In this document: one piece after another, positions 6,890-11,309 of the stretch
Layout: each line of letters starts with the position of its first letter
How positions within the stretch are numbered: the first letter of the stretch is position 1
Assembly (NCBI GenBank): GCA_041586955.1
Contig: JBFGZE010000097.1
Location: forward strand, 1-11,309
Direction of reading: 5' to 3'
Length of the DNA stretch: 11,309 nt
DNA from: Bacteriovoracaceae bacterium
GTDB taxonomy: Bacteria > Bdellovibrionota > Bacteriovoracia > Bacteriovoracales > Bacteriovoracaceae
Notes under the pieces: generated by a model
Seen by the model: only the letters and a program-made list of their open reading frames with translations
Told to the model about the DNA's origin: nothing
The model's database searches: none
Made by a program: the position numbers and the translations under genes

Positions 6890-7305
6890 TGTTGACCACC
6901 CAGGAATTTCAACCATAAGTTGCGCTGCTTGGGGGCCTCTCTAAATTCACATAAATAAATTCCTTGCCAGGTGCCCATTTGCATTTTTCCTTGCTCGATA
7001 ATTAGGGTGAGTGAAGTTTGTAATAGTATCGATTTCATATGAGATGGTGAATCATCAGGTCCTTCGGCCGTATGTTCAATAAACGACAGGTTACGTGGTG
7101 CTAGGTGTTGGAGAAATTTCTCCATATCTCGTTTGGCACTAGGATCAAAAGATTCGTTGATGGCCAGGGCACAGCTGGAATGGGGAATAAATAGGCATAG
7201 GAGTCCATCTTGCCATGTTTTACCCATTTGGGAGATCGTCTTTTCGATTATTGGATCAACCTGGTAAAAACCCTCTCCGTTAGTTTGAATCAAAATTTTT
7301 TTCAT
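6886..7305 (-). CDS. yjbQ: YjbQ/UPF0047 family protein (secondary thiamine-phosphate synthase family)
   Basis: HSSCALAINESFDP, H..EGPDDSPSHMKS, GTWQGIYLCEFR. Its stop codon overlaps the stop of the convergent regulator gene (TTAA 6886-6889). Confidence 0.93.
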   Translation of the reverse strand: MKKILIQTNGEGFYQVDPIIEKTISQMGKTWQDGLLCLFIPHSSCALAINESFDPSAKRDMEKFLQHLAPRNLSFIEHTAEGPDDSPSHMKSILLQTSLTLIIEQGKMQMGTWQGIYLCEFREAPKQRNLWLKFLGGQH

Positions 7306-7359
7306 TTTTTTAATTTCCTATTTTGCTTTTTGAATACCTTAACAGAATAATTAAAGGGT

Positions 7360-7386
7360 TAAAACTATTGCCGTTTTTGTCGATAA
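7360..7386 (+). promoter_or_regulatory. Candidate sigma28 (FliA) promoter for cdaA-cdaR-glmM
   Basis: TAAA (7360-7363), 15 bp spacer, GTCGATAA (7379-7386), followed by an AAGGA SD and the ATG at 7409. Confidence 0.65.
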
Positions 7387-7408
7387 GAAGTTAAAGGATT
7401 TCAACTTT

Positions 7409-8221
7409 ATGAATAGTTTGGCCATATTAATTGAGCAAATGTCACTCAAGGACGCCCTTGATATCGCAATTGTTGCGCTGTTGATTTATCAAGGTCTTTT
7501 AATTATTCGCGGCACGCGAGCTGTCCATATGCTCTTAGGCCTGCTTGCTCTATTAGGACTTTTTTGGGTGGGGCGATACTTTCAGCTTTATAGTCTTAAT
7601 TGGATCCTCGATCATTTCTTTGATTATTTTTTTATTTTCGCGATTATTCTTTTTCAAGACCAATTTCGCAGCGCCTTGGCCAGCTTTGGTGCAGGTCGCC
7701 GCTGGCGTCTGTTTAATCGCAAAAATGGTATAGATTTGGATATCCCAGAGATTGTTGAGGCCTGCGAAATTCTCTCTGAGAATAAAATAGGTGCCCTTAT
7801 TGTCATCGAAAGAGGAGAAGGTCTTCTCAATTATATTGGTACCGGAACGACTTTAGATTGTCGGGTGCATAGTGATCTGATCTTCTCTATTTTTCAGGCC
7901 GCTTCACCTCTCCACGATGGTGCAATTATTTTATCTCAAGGTCGCCTGCGAGCAGCGGGTTGTTTTTTACCCTTATCTAAAAATCATGATATCCATCGCC
8001 ATATGGGAACTCGACATCGAGCGGCACTAGGTATTTCAGAAAACTCAGATGCCGTCGCTGTGACAGTCAGTGAAGAAACTGGAAAAATGCATATTGCGAT
8101 TGCTGGAAAATTTTTTGTTTGTAGTAATGGGCAAAATCTGGGGCATTATTTAGAGCATCTTTGTGGTGGCCAGCATGGCGGTTCTTTAGGAATGACTTTG
8201 GAAGAAGGTGAGAGATCGTGA
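7409..8221 (+). CDS. cdaA: Membrane-bound diadenylate cyclase CdaA/DacA (c-di-AMP synthase)
   Basis: Three N-terminal hydrophobic segments (LDIAIV..., IRGTRA, ILFQDQFRSAL), then IGALIVIER, SPLHDGAII, GCFLPLS, GTRHRAALGISE and VSEETG. Catalytic DGA and RHR motifs are intact. Confidence 0.96.
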   Translation: MNSLAILIEQMSLKDALDIAIVALLIYQGLLIIRGTRAVHMLLGLLALLGLFWVGRYFQLYSLNWILDHFFDYFFIFAIILFQDQFRSALASFGAGRRWRLFNRKNGIDLDIPEIVEACEILSENKIGALIVIERGEGLLNYIGTGTTLDCRVHSDLIFSIFQAASPLHDGAIILSQGRLRAAGCFLPLSKNHDIHRHMGTRHRAALGISENSDAVAVTVSEETGKMHIAIAGKFFVCSNGQNLGHYLEHLCGGQHGGSLGMTLEEGERS

Positions 8222-9126
8222 AAAAAGTTGATGTCAATCGCCAATTATTGAAAGTGATGGCCTTGTTGATTTCAACGACATTGTGGTTTTATGTCCTTAG
8301 TGGTGAACCCATTGAAAAGAATATATCTCTTTCCTTAACCTATATTAACCCCACCGGATTAGCGGTTTCAAAACCTGGACCTGAAAATTTAAAAATAAAA
8401 TTATCTGGGCCACGCGTTCTTTTATCTAATTTTCAAAAAAGGCCACCCAAGGTCTATGTTGATTTATCAAAATCTAGTAAACGTCGGAAAACTATTAGAA
8501 TTAAAACGAATGAATTATCAATTCCACTGCCTTTTGGGGTCGAAATTATGGATATTAACCCCTTGGACTTTAAGGTGCAATTAGAGCGTAAAATAAAAAA
8601 ACGAGTCCCCATGAAATTGGTTTTATTGGGGGAGTTGGATAAAGATCTCAAGCTTGTTACCAAAAAAATGGAACCTGAGGAAGTGATGATCTCAGGCCCT
8701 CATAGTATCATTAAAACGATTGCTCAATTAAAAACTCACCCTATTGATTTAGGCCAGCTACAAGGAAGCGGTGAGCGAGAGGTATTAATTGATAACCTTG
8801 ATCCACGGGTCAATCTTGATTTTGAGGGGACGCTTAAATTGCATTATGATATTCGGCCAAATAAGGCAAATTTGACTTTGAAAAAAATAAAAATTAGGTT
8901 TTTATCCTCAAAAGGGAAAATACATAGTAAGATGCAGTACGCTTCAATCGACGTCCTGATTCCCAAAGAGATGGAGAGTCGGTTGACAGAAAAAAACATT
9001 AAAGTAATAGCTGAAATACCAGACAAGGCACGGGGCTCCGTTTGGGTCCCATTGAAAGCGGATTTACCAGATGGAGTTCATATGGTGAAGATTAATCCCG
9101 AGCGGATTAACGTGGTGGTACCTTAG
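8218..9126 (+). CDS. cdaR: CdaR/YbbR-family regulator of diadenylate cyclase
   Basis: N-terminal anchor KVMALLISTTLWFYV and repeated beta-rich YbbR-like segments (IKLSGP, PEEVMISGP, INPERINV). GTGA start/stop overlap with cdaA, and canonical position between cdaA and glmM. Confidence 0.9.
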   Translation: MKKVDVNRQLLKVMALLISTTLWFYVLSGEPIEKNISLSLTYINPTGLAVSKPGPENLKIKLSGPRVLLSNFQKRPPKVYVDLSKSSKRRKTIRIKTNELSIPLPFGVEIMDINPLDFKVQLERKIKKRVPMKLVLLGELDKDLKLVTKKMEPEEVMISGPHSIIKTIAQLKTHPIDLGQLQGSGEREVLIDNLDPRVNLDFEGTLKLHYDIRPNKANLTLKKIKIRFLSSKGKIHSKMQYASIDVLIPKEMESRLTEKNIKVIAEIPDKARGSVWVPLKADLPDGVHMVKINPERINVVVP

Positions 9127-9140
9127 CTTAGGGAATTTTT

Positions 9141-10502
9141 ATGGGTCAAAGAAAATTGTTTGGAACTGATGGGATTAGAGGGAAGGCAAATGTCTATCCT
9201 ATGACTGGTGATGTGGCATTTAATTTAGGGCGCGCTGTGACTCATTATTTTGTCACGCAAAAAAGAAATAAAAAACCATTAATTATATTGGGCAAAGATA
9301 CACGCCTGAGCTGTTATATGCTCGAGCAAGCATTCTCTGCCGGTGTTTGTTCTCAAGGTGGGCAAGTCATTTTAACTGGCCCTTTGCCCACTCCTGGCGT
9401 TGCCTTTGTGACGCGTTCTATGCGCGCAGATGTCGGTGTGATGATATCGGCATCTCATAATGCTTATTTTGATAATGGTATTAAAATTTTCGACTCTAAA
9501 GGTTTTAAATTGCCGGATGAAGTGGAATTGATTCTCGAGGATTATATTCTTAACCCCGAAAAATTGCCAGTTCAAACCAATGGTCATTTGGGGAATGCTA
9601 AGCGCTTAAAGGAAGTTTTTGGTCGCTATTTGGTCCAAACCAAAGCAGCTCTAGGAGCTGATTTTGACTTAGAGGGATTACGGATAGTCCTCGATTGTGC
9701 CAATGGTGCTGCTTATAAAGTTGCGCCGATGATGTTTCGAGAACTAGGGGCCGAAATTTTCCCTATTGGTGTAGAGCCCAATGGTACCAATATTAATATG
9801 GAATGTGGCTCTCTTCACCCTGGACGAGCGCAAGAGATGGTTAAGACTTACCGCGCCGATTTGGGAATATGTCTTGATGGTGATGCTGACCGGCTCATTG
9901 TTTGTGATAGTGACGGCAACTTAATTGACGGTGATTGTGTCATCGGGCTATTTGCCAAATTATTATTGGACCGCGGCGAATTAAGTAAAGGCGACACAAT
10001 TGTGGGCACAATTATGTCTAACTTAGGCCTTGAAAATTATATTCGCAGTTTAGGACTCTCCTTTCACCGCACTAAGGTTGGCGATCGTTATATTATGGAA
10101 TATATGCGTGAGCACAGTAGTATCTTAGGGGGCGAACCCTCCGGCCATGTTATTTTGGCCAATCATTCAACCACTGGTGATGGCTGTTTGGCCGCCCTTA
10201 AGTTGATTGAATGTTTGAAGTTTTATAATCGCTCCTTGGCCGAGTTAACAAGCGATATTCAGCTTTACCCACAGAAGCTCATTAATGTTCCCGTTAAAGA
10301 GAAACGACCTCTTAAAGAAGTTAAACTAATTCAAGATGAGTTAACACGGTTAGAAAAGACGCTTGATGGGAAAGGGCGTATTGTCCTGCGCTATTCGGGT
10401 ACAGAGTCATTGATTAGAGTGATGGTTGAAGCGAAGAGTGATCAATTAGTAGAAGAAATAATTGGACCTTTTGTCAAACTTGTAAAAAAGGCCTTGAGTT
10501 AA
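9141..10502 (+). CDS. glmM: Phosphoglucosamine mutase
   Basis: KLFGTDGIRG, GKDTRLS, PTPGVA, MISASHN (phosphoserine), DNGIKIF, DGDADR, VGDRY, GGEPSGH, RYSGTE..IRVMVE. Confidence 0.97.
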   Translation: MGQRKLFGTDGIRGKANVYPMTGDVAFNLGRAVTHYFVTQKRNKKPLIILGKDTRLSCYMLEQAFSAGVCSQGGQVILTGPLPTPGVAFVTRSMRADVGVMISASHNAYFDNGIKIFDSKGFKLPDEVELILEDYILNPEKLPVQTNGHLGNAKRLKEVFGRYLVQTKAALGADFDLEGLRIVLDCANGAAYKVAPMMFRELGAEIFPIGVEPNGTNINMECGSLHPGRAQEMVKTYRADLGICLDGDADRLIVCDSDGNLIDGDCVIGLFAKLLLDRGELSKGDTIVGTIMSNLGLENYIRSLGLSFHRTKVGDRYIMEYMREHSSILGGEPSGHVILANHSTTGDGCLAALKLIECLKFYNRSLAELTSDIQLYPQKLINVPVKEKRPLKEVKLIQDELTRLEKTLDGKGRIVLRYSGTESLIRVMVEAKSDQLVEEIIGPFVKLVKKALS

Positions 10503-10503
10503 G

Positions 10504-10532
10504 TTGCCGCGGAATCCTTGAAGGTTTATAAT
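10504..10532 (+). promoter_or_regulatory. Candidate sigma70 promoter for pdxJ
   Basis: TTGCCG (10504-10509), 17 bp spacer, TATAAT (10527-10532), immediately after the glmM stop. Confidence 0.65.
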
Positions 10533-10614
10533 AACCGATATTTCGGGTCGCAACGATGTCGTTAAATTCTTAACGTCAACCTTATTGCTACCATAAAAAA
10601 AAGAAGGAGTTGGA

Positions 10615-11309
10615 ATGACACCACGACTAGGGGTCAATATTGATCATGTCGCCACATTAAGACAGGCGAGAGGAGAACTTTATCCTTCAGTGGTTGATGC
10701 TGCGAATTGTGTGCTTGAGAATGGGGCCGATCAAATCACCATTCATTTACGCGAAGACCGCCGCCATATTCAAGATTTTGATGTCGAGACGGTTCAACTA
10801 ATGACTAAAAAGTATGGCCGTCCTCTCAATTTAGAAATGGGATGCCATCCGGAAATATTAGAAGTGGCCAAGGCGACATCTCCAGAATGGGTCTGCTTGG
10901 TTCCAGAAAGTCGCCAGGAAATCACAACTGAAGGTGGCCTTAATATCCTCGATTCAGAGATTTTTGCTCGCGCTAAAGAAACGATTCAAGAACTCAAGGC
11001 ACAGGCCAGGCCAATTCAAGTGTCATTATTCGTGGAAGCTGATCCTAATATTCTTGAGCAGTCAGTACTTCTGGGCGCGGATGCCATCGAAATCCATACT
11101 GGCGATTATGCCAAGCGTTTTTTAGAGGAGGAGGATTATTCAACTCTGATAGAGCGTTTTGAGCATGTGCAGGGTCTGGCATTGAGTGCTGGAATTGGTT
11201 ATCATGCCGGCCATGGCCTGACATTAAAGAGTGTTAAACCGCTATTAGAAAAAAGAATTTTTACGGAATATAATATTGGCCATTGGATTATTGCCCAGTC
11301 TATTTTTTC
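10615..11309 (+). CDS. pdxJ: Pyridoxine 5'-phosphate synthase; 3' end runs off the window
   Basis: Absent from the ORF track. ATG 10615 follows AAGGAG: MTPRLGVNIDHVATLRQARG..YPS...GADQITIHLREDRRHIQ...LNLEMG...CLVPESRQEITTEGGL...IEIHTG...HAGHGL...EYNIGH. Confidence 0.97.
   Translation, partial: MTPRLGVNIDHVATLRQARGELYPSVVDAANCVLENGADQITIHLREDRRHIQDFDVETVQLMTKKYGRPLNLEMGCHPEILEVAKATSPEWVCLVPESRQEITTEGGLNILDSEIFARAKETIQELKAQARPIQVSLFVEADPNILEQSVLLGADAIEIHTGDYAKRFLEEEDYSTLIERFEHVQGLALSAGIGYHAGHGLTLKSVKPLLEKRIFTEYNIGHWIIAQSIF

Noticed and set aside
10508..10560. c-di-AMP (ydaO) riboswitch, suggested by GCGGAATCC...AGG
   Set aside because: The remaining conserved elements are absent, the region is too short, and the sequence is better explained as a promoter spacer.
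426..11125. Short ORFs in the track (426-620, 1658-1846, 1851-2057, 2302-2532, 2613-2876, 3007-3216, 3735-3992, 3817-4053, 4247-4453, 5362-5556, 5583-5768, 6052-6384, 8454-8663, 8844-9026, 9372-9587, 10446-10637, 10934-11125)
   Set aside because: All overlap well-supported genes in antisense or alternative frames and show no recognisable motifs, so they are treated as shadow ORFs.
1..11309. CRISPR arrays, IS/phage elements, tRNA/rRNA, defence systems
   Set aside because: No direct-repeat arrays, transposase or integrase motifs, or RNA-gene signatures were seen. All intergenic gaps are 130 bp or shorter.

Overview
An 11.3-kb, densely coding bacterial chromosomal window with no mobile element, CRISPR array or RNA gene that I can support. 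Gene order: queF (-, truncated); a single 801-aa ORF fusing ferrochelatase (HemH) to a TetA/MFSD10-like MFS transporter (+); RimK-like ATP-grasp ligase (-); MpaA-like M14 peptidase lipoprotein (+); PilZ-GAF-AAA+-HTH regulator whose sigma54-activator motifs are degenerate (+); yjbQ (-); cdaA-cdaR-glmM (+); pdxJ (+, truncated). Gene content suggests a diderm of the former Deltaproteobacteria or Bdellovibrionota; this is inference. The most notable signals are (1) the HemH-MFS fusion, with a possible internal RBS/ATG at the junction, (2) an apparently catalytically dead enhancer-binding protein with second-messenger-type sensory domains, and (3) correctly spaced sigma28 (FliA)-type promoters upstream of both that regulator and the c-di-AMP synthase operon. 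All family assignments come from motif recognition by eye; no searches were run.
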